A model generated the notes under the pieces. The model was not told the DNA's origin. It searched no databases and saw nothing but the letters and a program-made list of their open reading frames with translations. A DNA stretch of 63,685 bases, the filler included, from Craspedostauros australis (taxonomy: Eukaryota), in NCBI GenBank assembly GCA_030167865.1. It is 10 parts of 10 records of this genome, joined end to end, with 100 filler letters (N's around TTAATTAATTAA, not from the genome) between each part and the next. Parts side by side here need not be neighbours in the genome. Positions count along the whole stretch, not along the records: positions 2,915 to 18,259 come from JALAGF010002484.1; positions 18,360 to 41,673 come from JALAGF010002485.1; 8 more parts are not named here. One strand, 5' to 3'. How positions within the stretch are numbered: position 1 is the stretch's first letter; each line of letters begins with the position of its first letter. A program made the translations under genes and the position numbers. Shown piece after piece: positions 10,046 through 21,162 of the stretch.

Positions 10046-11629
10046 TCATGGCAACTGCAGAGCCTCGTTGTCCTGGACTCGAACGTGCATCGGCTTTCCT
10101 TTGTAAGTGTAGTCGATCAGCAATTCGGGCATACTTGATGGCTTCTTTGTCTGCTCCATGCTGTCATCAGGATCAGCAGTGTCATCATTATCTTCCCAAA
10201 GACTTTGCCACGCAAGTTGCCACCACAAGGAATCGGCTGTAGCATCGCCTCGATGTGGGGGTGCCGCTGCGTCCACCTTCCGCGCCTCTTCGTCGACGCT
10301 GTCGTCCTCTGCTGCCGTGATGTCGTAGAATCCCAACAAATCTTTCTTGGAGCTTGCCGACAGCGTGAGCGTTGACTTGTTGACCCAGAATTGCAACTGA
10401 ACAGTCACATCCAACGACTTTGGGTTGCCGCCATTCCCACCAGCGGGCACTGCGTAGGTCGCCTTTTGAACTATTAGACCGTTCGATTTGATTTCCTGCT
10501 TCATCTTGCGTTCTGCCTGACGGACCATGAGTTCCCTTTGCAGCTCCGCATCCTTGCGAGACTTTATGGCGTTCTTGACTTCTTCGGCCTTGCGAATCGC
10601 CCGTTGCGCAGCCTCTGTGCTTTGTCGCTGATTCCATTCCCAAAGTTCGGCGATGATGTCTTGAAACAGGTAGGAGAAGAAGGACATGTACACTGCATGG
10701 CCAATGCTGGTGGCATGCAGCGTCCTTGAAATGAAGACCGGAATGCGGACGCACGCATCGCCGCGATTCCACGATAGGACCCATTCCAAGCCACGGTTGG
10801 ACTTGATCCGGATGCCCATGCCGACCGTCGCGGCGCTGGAGTGCAAGGATTGGACGATGGAACCGCCCATGCTCCACAGGCCGATGCGCCATTGCGCAAA
10901 CGTGTGCAAGCTCTTGCATTGGGAGATGCGAGGTTTAAGGTCTAGTCGGAACGTAACGTACTTCGGTCGTCTCAAATTCCATCGAGCGATGGCTTCGATG
11001 GCATTCGATCTCTTTGCAGACAATACCAGGATCTTGGTCCTCGTCAGCTGCGACTGGAACGCCCAGCTGGAGTCGTTTGGTCTGTGATTGAGCTGGATAG
11101 CAAAACCAAGGTGGCTGCTGCGATTGCGGTTGCGCCGACTGGAGGCATTCATCCGAAGCGTGTCCATCGGCTGGCTCCTCGTCAAGGTGAGTCCCATCGT
11201 GGTAGATCGTTGCAGTTGGATCTTCCCGCCCATGGAGAGCAACGGATGCATGGATTGCTGGCCGTGAATCATCCCCAGCGACAGCGTCGACGTCTTGCTG
11301 GACTTGTAGTCGAGCGTGAGCGATCCGATGGATCTCCCCATCGAGGACGATCTCCCTTCGATGATCCCGCTCCACTTCCCATTGACCTTCGAAGGTTGCA
11401 TGGAGTATCGGGCGGAGACTTCGGGATCCCCAAGCTTCATGGAGGACAGGCTGCCATCCTCGCCGAACACGACAGGGATCTCGAACATCGCGCGCCTGTG
11501 GAACTCATCGTCCCTGCTGATATCCGCCCCACCATCGCTGCCGTTGCTCTTGGTGGTCCTGGTTGTGCGATCCGATGTTGCGTTGCCCTGGTGTTCAGGA
11601 ATGAGGCTTTCCGACCAACGCTCATCCAT
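10046..11629 (-). CDS. DNAJC11-like protein (DUF3395 C-terminal domain), no J-domain seen
   Basis: GLIVQKATY, DVTVQLQFWV..STLTL...KKDLLGFYD, LLIDYTYKG.....VQDNEALQLP; beta-strand-rich middle region. Start chosen after the (ATCC)n tract. Confidence 0.75.
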   Translation of the reverse strand: MDERWSESLIPEHQGNATSDRTTRTTKSNGSDGGADISRDDEFHRRAMFEIPVVFGEDGSLSSMKLGDPEVSARYSMQPSKVNGKWSGIIEGRSSSMGRSIGSLTLDYKSSKTSTLSLGMIHGQQSMHPLLSMGGKIQLQRSTTMGLTLTRSQPMDTLRMNASSRRNRNRSSHLGFAIQLNHRPNDSSWAFQSQLTRTKILVLSAKRSNAIEAIARWNLRRPKYVTFRLDLKPRISQCKSLHTFAQWRIGLWSMGGSIVQSLHSSAATVGMGIRIKSNRGLEWVLSWNRGDACVRIPVFISRTLHATSIGHAVYMSFFSYLFQDIIAELWEWNQRQSTEAAQRAIRKAEEVKNAIKSRKDAELQRELMVRQAERKMKQEIKSNGLIVQKATYAVPAGGNGGNPKSLDVTVQLQFWVNKSTLTLSASSKKDLLGFYDITAAEDDSVDEEARKVDAAAPPHRGDATADSLWWQLAWQSLWEDNDDTADPDDSMEQTKKPSSMPELLIDYTYKGKPMHVRVQDNEALQLP

Positions 11630-12224
11630 GGTTTGATGCTGCACCAACTCTTGACTGTTCACGCTGGCGTGGAACGCAGGTTGTTCGGTTGGTTGGTTGG
11701 TTGGATGGATGGATGGATGGATGAATGGATGGATGATATGATTGGTTGTGTGATGGTGTAGGAGAGAGAGGTGCTTTGCGTTGCTGTGACCTCTGTTGAT
11801 GGGTTGGTGATTGATGTGTGGTTTGGAGACGCACCTACCTGGATCTTTTGTGTTCGAAACGTGTCGTGTTTCAATGGGATATGCGGCAAAATGGTATGTT
11901 TTCATATATTTGATACAAGAACTGGTTCAATCATTGAAGGCCGGATCAATCGTGTTTCATCCGAACTGTCCTACGTGTCGTAGCGACAATAAAACGACAC
12001 AATACTCGTGACTCACGACTGCAATGAATGACTAGATGGAATCGAACAACACTTCGTCGATCTCTAGTTTACACGTACGCTGCGCCACCTTCAAGAACCA
12101 GTACGCATGATAGACACGTACCAGTATTCTCAGAGTAAAGAATGGTAGTGCTCGGCATGCATCACTCTACTAATCTAATGGTGATAGAACGTTTCAAAAC
12201 CATGTTCGTGTTCAAGGCGCTGTC

Positions 12225-13708
12225 TCAAACGCGTTTTGGAAAGCTCTTGTACAGCACGGTCGACGCAGAGATCACGCCGCAGATGCTGTGGATTGCTTCA
12301 TGGTTCTTCCTCCCGCGGAGCTTTTGGTGCAGGTCGACGCCTGGGTTGTTACTGAACACGATCACATCGCAGGCACTCTTTAGATGTGCGCACCAGAAAG
12401 CATGCAGGCGAGATTTAGTGTGGGCGATATGAGTGGACGAGTGAGATAGCGCGTGCATGCGAGATGGACGGACGGATGGCAGAGACTGGCATGGCTTACA
12501 CATGGCAACATACAGAATGGACCGAGGTGGCGACTGGCAAGAAGGATTGAAAAACTACTTTCCGCGCAGTCTCTCTCTCTCTCTGTCCCTGTCGTTGTTG
12601 AGAAGGGAGGCGCCTTTCGACACAAGTTCGATCGATCAGGGCACACGCACGCACGTACCTTGACCAAATTGAGGATCAATGACATTCGCTTTTCTTGCCG
12701 CTTCGCTGCAGCAGTACCAGCATCACCATGACATTGCTTTCTACCTTCTTCATCTGCGTCGGCGACAAAACTAGCTGCCTGCAACGTCTCCATTTGGTGT
12801 CTCCGATACAGCCGCCAGTTGAGAATCAACCCCATCAAGCAGCTGTAAAAGTAGGCTTGGTTGGCCTTGCATCCAACCATCTGTTGCCAATAGCTTCGTC
12901 GTTGTTGCTGGTACTTGGGCGCAAGGCGGAAGTTGTCAAACAGGCTGCTGCTGTACAAGAAGTTGAGATTGTCGCCCGTCAAAAACATGATCATTCCAAT
13001 TGCCTTCAGTGTGGAGAGGACCGTTCCCACGACGTCCATGTCATCTCGCGGTACCGGCTGAATCGGGGTGTGCTGCTTGCTCGTCGCGGCGTCGGATGTG
13101 TCCTTCGGGTTGAAGCGCAGCATCGTCTTGCCAGCGCAGAGCTTTTCCAGCTCGACGAAACCCAAGCCAAGCCGAAATGCCTTGCGCGAGGTGGAGAGGG
13201 ACTTGTAGAGCAGCATCAGCCGTTTGGATCGATGCTGATGGTCCATGGCGGCAAACCACCACGCCAGCAACCTGGAGCCGTATTGCAGCACCTTCGTGGC
13301 CTTATCCCTGCCTTGCAACGTCAAGACGAGCTTGATCCACGGTTTCCACAGCTGTGCCCTCTGGCTCGTCGTGGCATCGTTCGCATCACTCTTGATTTGG
13401 GAGGTGCTCGTGGTGGGGCAATGCGCATTCGGCTTCGATATTGCTTGCGTTTTTCCCTTCGGCGACAGCGAAGACGAAGCCAGAGATCTTTGTGGCGAAT
13501 TGGTGTTGTGTGCGTACGCAGCAGCATCCACGAACACCTCGCTGCCGCTGCTGATGGACACGTGGGTCCCGCTGTCCATGCCTTCGGAGCTTCCAGGGGT
13601 GGCATCGATGGAACCGGTGGTGTCGACGACCATTTGTTCGTGCCCTGCTTCTGTCTTGCATGACGAAGAGTCGTCTGGTCCCGTCGTTTCTGCGGTGGTA
13701 GATGCCAT
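12225..13708 (-). CDS. PEX11: Peroxisomal biogenesis factor 11 family; complement join(12225..12377,12659..13708)
   Basis: GRDKATKVLQYGSRLL and SLSTSRKAFRLG. Phase-0 intron GTACGT...AAG gives LNLVK|SACDVIVFSN...CGVISA. Confidence 0.82.
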
Positions 13709-14322
13709 GATATCGTTGCCGCAGTGACTGCGCTTGCTGCTACGACTTGTTGCTTTGCGAGAGCCGTCAGTACGACTCGTAGCAGGTATGGGCGCAAATC
13801 AGAGAGTAGTGGCAGTGTCTTCCTCTTCTCAGTTGCTGTTTTCACGTGCTTGCTACCATAGTCGTACGAGCTACGGCAGGATCTCTGGAACTGGTGTGGG
13901 GAGGTGTTGCGAAGTTGTGTCCGATGTGATGTGATGTGATGGTCCCAATCGCGAGGATCGGCTGCGAGATGATGTGTTTGGGGTCGTCACTGGCACCGTG
14001 TCACGCAAACACGACTGAAGTGTCCATGACGAAACGCTTCAGGGGCGATAGACGCATCCGTCGCAACTAGACCAAAAAAGGAAAAGCAAACATCTTCATA
14101 TAGTAGTACACGCGAGTGAGGGCACTCTTATGATCTAAAACAAATATGATTTCGACTGAATCTTCCCCTTTTCGCTGAATGTTTGCCTCGCGAAGCGTCA
14201 GTCGTCGCCGATCTACGCTATCTTCGTTACATGCACAACACATGCAGGCACCACATCCTCACTTTTAACCTGATTCAAGTCCACACCCTCGAATAGTCTG
14301 CCGTCGCACGGATGCCCGTACC

Positions 14323-17300
14323 TCACTTGCGTCGCTTCTTGTACATTTTCCGCTTCACGACTGTAGGAGCTGTGTTGGCGCTCTCTGCGTTTGCATCGGT
14401 AGAGTCTGCAGATGCGTCCGATCCCCTGCTCCTCTTCTTCTTCTCCTTCTTCCGCTTCATCATGGCCTTCGCGATCATCGCCTCCAAATTGGCCTTGATC
14501 GATTCGATATCCGTTTCATCAAGATCGTCCTCATATAGCTCAGCCATCTTGTCCAGCGTTGGCATTAACGATGCGCGCACACCTGGCGTGGCTGTAGAAT
14601 TGTATTTCATGAAGTTCCATGATGAGAGTCAATAGTGCAGTTGGGAGAATATGGAGCATAGGAGGAAGAAGTGAGTACATGCTGCATACGTATGGCGAAG
14701 ACCACAAGAGTGCCGTGTCGTTGTTGATTGTTCTATCATGTCACGCCACGATGCGTATGTCGCACGTGCCATGCCATCGTGCATGTATATGTACGTGCAT
14801 GAGAGAGCCAGAACCTTGGTTCTGTGCGTACCTGTTTTCTGCTTGCGGGGGACCCGTTGCGACTCGTCGTCGCTGTCATCCTCGGTGGAATCACCGCCTT
14901 CTGCCATCGCTAGGTTCATTCCGCCAACGTCGTTATCATCATTATCATCATCGTCGTCGCTGTCATGATCATTGTTGGCGGGTGTATTGCCCCTGCGGCC
15001 ACGACTCCTCTGCGCTTTGGGTGCGACGCGTGATACTCGTGCTCGTGTGGAGACAGAAGGTTTCGGAGCAGCTCCTTGATTTGCTTTTGTGGCACGCACC
15101 ACGCTTGCCCTGACGATCGGCGTGGTAGGTGTGGCGGTAACTGTCACTGGCGTTGCTGCTGCGGTCACCTGAACTGTCGGCGCGATCGCTCTTACAACCG
15201 GCGTTGCAGTCGCTGCCGCAGTTGCCACGGGTGCACAGATTGTTGGCACGGCAGCCGCGACAACTGGTCGTGCGATAGATCCAGCTGGAGGCGTTGCGAG
15301 TGTCGACTTCCTTGGCCTTCCGACGGGTCTTCGCGGGCCAGGTGCATCGGCTGGGAGCAGGTGCGTGTAGATGCGCTCACTCTCTGAGGTTTCGCGCACT
15401 TGGGGATGATACGTGTGTGTGCACGTACCGCTCGCGCATCTCATGTAGCAGCCGTACTGGTCCAGGCTGATGGCAAAATGCATTTTGCAAGTTTCTTGCT
15501 TCGACAGCGGTCTCTTCGTCATGGAACGCCGCGGACGCTTCCGTCCGTCCTGCTTGGCCAACGTTTCAGCATCGGCTGCCCCCAGCTTGCCTGCAAAGTA
15601 CAATTTCCGTTTGGCCTGGTTGTCGCTCTTTCTGTAGCATCGGTATCTGGCGCAGTACAGCCGATAGCCGGGATCTCCGCTGTGCGAGAAGCCGTTGGAA
15701 ATGAGCTGGAAGCCATTTTCCAATGCCTTCAGTTTGAGCGCCTTCGACAGTGCTTCGAGGCCTTCGTTGGTGGGTGGGAACTTGTCTTTCTGGAAGTAGG
15801 CCCTGTTTCGAGAATAATACTGCTGCTTGTCCAGGAATTCCATGATGTCTCGCACCCTGAACGTACTGTCTATCTTTGTCATATCATGGTACTTGGCCGT
15901 GAACGCGTCCGAAATCATGAAGAAGAGGGAGGCGTTCCACACCAACCCTTCGCCTGCATCACGCAATTGCATCGGGGGTGCCACGAGCGTTGGCGCCGCG
16001 ATGACCGGTGCGACTGCCGGCGTGGTGGGGGTGGTCACAGCTGGTCTTGCAGTTGCAGTCGCAGCTATGTGCGGTGGGGTCGCTACAGCCACGGGTGTTA
16101 GTGGAGTCGCGTCCACTGTCCGGGCAGCAGCTGTGAGTGCCGCCACGGTTCCTCCTGTGCCTCTTGGTGCTGTCGCGAACGAGACAGCTGCGGTCCTTCC
16201 AGCAGTACGAGTTTGTGTTGGTGGTGTTGCGGCCACGACTACGACTGGCGCCGTTCCTGTAGTCGGTGTTGTGGCTGGTGCTGTAGCTGCACGCGCAGCA
16301 GGTGTCGTCGGGACAGTCTTGCTCGTCACTAGGTTGGCTGCCGTCGCTCTTGTTGCTGTTGCCGTCGCAGTAGCTTGCGCCGCTTCCTTCAATGCCTTGG
16401 TGACCCTTTTGGTTGGCGGGAGTGTCGGTGTGGTTGCTTGTGGTGACGGTACGGCTGTCGTCTTGCGAGGAGTTGTGATCGTAGCCGAGGTCTTTGCAGC
16501 AGGTGTTGCGGTGGATGGCGACAGCGCAGTTGCGGCATCTTTGACGGTCGGTGCTGTGGTCGGTGTTGTGGCTGGTGACTTTCTCACAGTGGCCGTACGA
16601 GTGGGTGTGGACTTTCGGGAAGCCGTTTCCTTTGCGACTGGCTTCGTGATTGCCTTGGACGCCGTTGTGTTGATGGTGACGACATCTGTCACAACATCCG
16701 TGGCAGGAGTTGGCGTTGACTTGGCGGTCGGTTTCTCTGTTGCCTTGGCCTTTGCTGCATGTGCGGCTGCAGCGTCGGCCGCAGTTTTCCTGGCAACAGT
16801 CGTTGTCGGTGCTGGCTTTGCGTTCGACGCTTCATTGGGCTTCTGCTTTGATGTGTTGGTGATTTCAGAACGTGCTGTAACTCTTGTGGATGCTTTCGGC
16901 GTTGGTTTCGTTGCTGGCTTCGCTGCCGTTGCTTTTGGCAACTCGGCTGACACCTTCGATGCCCCACCCGCAGTTGCTGTCGGTTCTTTGCTTGTTGCAG
17001 CATCAGTGGAAGGTGTCGCTGTTTCTTCGGCTTTGACTTGGACTTCATCAACTTGGACTTCATCTTCTACTTGGACTTCCACCTCGACTTCGGCTTCCTC
17101 TGCGTCCTCGACATCTTCCACTTCTTCAGCTTCGACGACGGCTTCATCCGCATCGTCAGCATCTGTTTCGGCAGTCTTGATTGTGGCGGGCACTGAGGCG
17201 GCATGAGAAGCCTTTGCGTCAGCTTCGGGCTGCGCCACCTTGCTTGGAGCCTCGCTGGAGGTGTCGCTGGCGTCATCCGCCGAAGCCTCGAGTGCCCTGC

Positions 17301-17496
17301 TTGGTGGGTCTGCTGGTGCGGAGGTCGAGGCTTCGCTTCCATCGTCCTTTGCAGGTTCCTTCCTTGTCTCAGAAGCTGGGACGGCGCTGTCTGCAGCATC
17401 AGTGCCGTCGCTCGAGTTGCCCTCTTCCATCATTTGAGACGGCGCGGTTGTTGCTGGCGATGGCATGGTCGTGAGGGTCTGTGATGAGAAATTCAT
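14323..17496 (-). CDS. Large Ala/Thr/Pro-rich nuclear protein with FAR1/WRKY-like (MULE-type) Zn finger and AT-hook; complement join(14323..14591,14832..17496)
   Basis: GFQLI...LYCARYR...TCKMHFAISLD..GCYM....HTYHP; RRPVGRPRK. A phase-1 intron GTACGC...tctacAG joins the 14323-14610 ORF, which ends in a basic NLS-like tail. Confidence 0.6.
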
Positions 17497-17916
17497 AATT
17501 TCCTTTGTTGTGATGAATTATTACACAAGAGCGGAAGGAATCACAGTAAATCTACTGCTTGTTTGCGCAAATTGACAGCACAATCACCCAACGGATGCCT
17601 CACAATCACGATCTCGCTGCGGTGTGTTTGCCACCAACACACGGGCGGGAGTGTGGTTGTGTTTCGCCATCTCATCTGTAGCGCACTTCGCTTCCTCCAG
17701 ACGCGCCCATTTTCGCCAACAACTTCGTCTGACCTTCACTCGAGCTTCTTGGAAACAGGATGGCTTCGTTTTGTTTCGGTGGACGCTTCTCATCTCTCTT
17801 TCTGTGTTGGTTGTGTCATTCGTGTGGGATACTTTCCACGTGTCATCTTGGGTCCACACCAACCGAGATGGATTGTCGGAAAAGCAGTCCTATTGTGATG
17901 AGACTAGAGATAGCGA

Positions 17917-18259
17917 GGGGACCATCTTACTATTATGAGCCCCCCGAGTGAGTCGATCAAGACCTTGAAATGAAAAGTCTAATCGGATTTCTGGAATTTT
18001 CAAACTAAGCACATATTCGCAATCCTTGTAGTCTCTTTATGTATAATGGAACCTTTCAGATTGTAGTTAGTTTCATTTTAAGTTTTATGGATCAATCAAT
18101 GTGTTTAGTCTAGTCGCGTGAATCCAACAGCACAAAATTCGTTTGTTTCTGCCGAAGGTTCGATGATGTTCTCATGTATTTATCGTCTGGTGATCAGTCA
18201 CGAACTTGCTTCCGAAGGTCTCAGTCGTTTGGTACACGTTAATTACACGTTAGCATGTG
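17917..18259 (+). repeat. Dispersed repeat end (family B), probable DNA transposon terminus running into the contig end
   Basis: Homologous to window positions 9-180. Begins GGGGACCATCTTACTATTATGAGCCCCCC; more AT-rich than the genic flanks. Confidence 0.6.
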
Positions 18260-18359
18260 NNNNNNNNNNNNNNNNNNNNNNNNNNNNNNNNNNNNNNNNN
18301 NNNTTAATTAATTAANNNNNNNNNNNNNNNNNNNNNNNNNNNNNNNNNNNNNNNNNNNN

Positions 18360-18691
18360 CGAAGTGCTCTGTGGAGCAATGATCTCTGTGGAGAGTGTTG
18401 GGGTTGTGAGTTTTGTGTGCTCTGCGCTGGCCCAAGACAGCAGCCTTGTTTTGCGCGGACCGGAGACGAAAACACGCTCAGCAAACACCGACACAGTGTA
18501 AAGTGGGGAAATGGAGCAATGACGAAGAGCGAAAGCAACTCGGGCGAATTTTGGGGGGAAAGCACCAATTATCCAAAAANNAACNAAAATGCCATATTAT
18601 TCCGTCGAGGATAAGAACTAGGCGGAAACAAGCGATTTATGACTTAAACGCTATGAAATAGAGCCAATTATTGCATTTTGAACTGCCCCCC
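18360..18691 (-). mobile_element. DNA transposon terminus (family A), copy 2
   Basis: Same 332 bp, with the same internal Ns as copy 1; the flank starts TAA. Confidence 0.8.
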
Positions 18692-19317
18692 TAACTCTTG
18701 TGACGAATCATCGTCGCGACCTGTGTCATCTCCGCAATGATCCGCCACCAAGGAGGGAAAGAAGCGTTTGGCACGTGATTTGAAGAAAACGAACATCGTG
18801 GGCTCGGCACGTTGCGAGTCTCGCGTTTCTTCCTCTGTTCCAAGATCGTGCCACAAGTTGGCTCAACCACCTCTCCGTTGTGACACAAGCGCTCGCATAC
18901 CATGGCCTCGTGCCTCGTACCCGCCACCATGGGCTGTTCGTAGATATAGTACCCACGAGAACGCAGAATGTGAGGACGAGCGGCTGTACAATGACTCTAC
19001 AACCATGTACTTCCACACAACCATGTCCCCGACATGCCCACGAGCTCCGATTGACGCAGTCGAAGCACACATACTCACAGGTGCAAACGAAGATGCGATC
19101 ATCGATAGCTGGGCTTCGCAGCACCACGATTTCATAATTTCCTCATTCGTGCTCCAGAGAGTACTGGCGGCAACCAACCAACAGCAACCAACCACCATAC
19201 TCGTGCTGTACTCCACGAGCACCGCTGTACATACCATACAAATACTATATGCCATTATATTTTATCATATAATACTGTACTATTCAACAGAGCACCTGCA
19301 ACGTCGGTTTGTCAACC

Positions 19318-21021
19318 ATGGAACAAATCCCGGCACCAATCGTCAACTCCCTGTTGGTCGTCGCATCGGTGTACGCCTTCTGCTCCCTCATCTCACGGTT
19401 GCGCCGCCGACTTCGATTCATTCGGATGGTCAACGCACTGCCTGGTCCTTGCGTGAAGAAGCACAAGCATCCCATCCTCGCCGATCTCGGGACGGTCTTG
19501 GAGGAGCCGACCGTCACCCCGGCGGACGGAATAGAGCGGCCGGGCATGTCCGACTTCTTACTCAAGGTCACAAAGCAGTTCCACGGGAACGGACATGGGC
19601 TGGTCCGACTGTGGAGCTTCCACCCGCACCACACCCCCATCGCCCAAACCTTCGTGGTCCCCACGGATGCGGATTGCATCATGGACATCCTCAAGCAGTA
19701 CAACGTCAAGCGCGATGGGCCGTCCTTCGAGAAACCGTTGGATGAAGCGTTTCGCGGCAGCCTGCCGATGCTTGGGCCATCCATGTTCACGCTGCCGGAC
19801 GGCCACGCCCAGTTGAAGCTGCAACGCAAGGCCGGGACGCCCACAGCCAGCATCGTTGAGTTCGCGCACAACTCCACTTGCGACTTGATCAAGGAATATT
19901 TGTTCCCCTTCTGGGACGCGCAAGCCGAAAAGAACAACAACTACAACAACAACGTCCCTTCATCCGCAACGGATGCACCTCCCGACTTGGGCGTCGATCT
20001 GTTCGTCCAGGCCAAGCACCTGATGATGGACATCTCGTGCATGATGGCGGTCTCCAAGACCTTCGATGCCGCCAAGGCGTTGCGAGATGGAAACACGTGC
20101 CCCATGTACCAAGATATTTCATGTCTCGACGCCGAGGCTGGCATCCGCAGTCGCATTCCCCTGAGAAACCTCACGCATTTCACGAAATTCAACCGAGCGC
20201 TGAAGCGTTTGAATAAGTTCTTTGCGGATGCCGTGGCGGAACGCAAACGGGACCTCACATCGACGGCTCATTCATCATCGTCGTCGTCATCGTCGTCGTC
20301 ATCGGAACATCCACAAGAGCAAGAACACACGCACAAGTACAACAGGGATCTGCTCTCCGCCTTTCTGAAAGCCGAGGAAAAGATGGAGGAAGGACACCTC
20401 CTGGGCAATCTGCGTCTGCTGCTGTATGCCGCCTTTGACTCGACAGCATCCATCTTCACGTGGGCCTTGTGGGAGCTTGCCACTCGCCCGGAGTACCAAC
20501 AGCGTCTGTACGAAGAGATCAAGCCGTTGGGGGCGAATCCATCGCTGCACGACCTCGCCAAGTGCGTCTTCTTGAATCAGATCATCAACGAGACGCTGCG
20601 CTTGTATTCGCCCGTCACGATCAATAGGCGCGCGACGAGAGACTTCAAGATCGGGCGCGGAGACAAGTCTTACATCATCCCCAAGGGATGTGCGTTGCTC
20701 ATATTACCGGTGTGCGTCAATCGACTTTCGACACCGGATAATCCAGACGCCGACAAGTTCATTCCCGACCGCGAGATCAGCAAGAAGTCCGGCGACATGA
20801 GGGATGATGCGTACGCGCGCAATATGGTGTTCTCCCTGACGCCTCGCCAGTGCCTCGGAAGTCCGTTGGCCATGACCGAGGCCCGAGCCTCGCTGGCCAC
20901 CATCCTGTACAACTTCAAGGTCACTCCGATGGAGAATGCTCCGCAGCCGAAGCTGATCATGAGCCTCAACTTCAATCCACACAACGTCTTTGTCAACTTT
21001 CAACGCCGCAAAGAACACTAG
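19318..21021 (+). CDS. Cytochrome P450, divergent
   Basis: N-terminal membrane anchor then LPGP; I-helix AAFDST; K-helix ETLR; FIPDR; heme motif FSLTPRQCLG. Confidence 0.92.
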   Translation: MEQIPAPIVNSLLVVASVYAFCSLISRLRRRLRFIRMVNALPGPCVKKHKHPILADLGTVLEEPTVTPADGIERPGMSDFLLKVTKQFHGNGHGLVRLWSFHPHHTPIAQTFVVPTDADCIMDILKQYNVKRDGPSFEKPLDEAFRGSLPMLGPSMFTLPDGHAQLKLQRKAGTPTASIVEFAHNSTCDLIKEYLFPFWDAQAEKNNNYNNNVPSSATDAPPDLGVDLFVQAKHLMMDISCMMAVSKTFDAAKALRDGNTCPMYQDISCLDAEAGIRSRIPLRNLTHFTKFNRALKRLNKFFADAVAERKRDLTSTAHSSSSSSSSSSSEHPQEQEHTHKYNRDLLSAFLKAEEKMEEGHLLGNLRLLLYAAFDSTASIFTWALWELATRPEYQQRLYEEIKPLGANPSLHDLAKCVFLNQIINETLRLYSPVTINRRATRDFKIGRGDKSYIIPKGCALLILPVCVNRLSTPDNPDADKFIPDREISKKSGDMRDDAYARNMVFSLTPRQCLGSPLAMTEARASLATILYNFKVTPMENAPQPKLIMSLNFNPHNVFVNFQRRKEH

Positions 21022-21162
21022 AGAGTAGAACAGAGCACAGTAAATCCATGACAACAGCAACATGGACAATTCGTACTCATATGTATAATAGTTAGGACAC
21101 AACGCAGAGAGAATGATCTGCTCTACTCTACTTTATTGTGCCTCCTCGCGTTCCTGTTGCAT

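Noticed and set aside
15827..17206. Long antisense ORFs (also 9016-9837, 6767-7669, 12695-13663, 61438-62448)
   Set aside because: Shadows of GC-rich or low-complexity sense genes.
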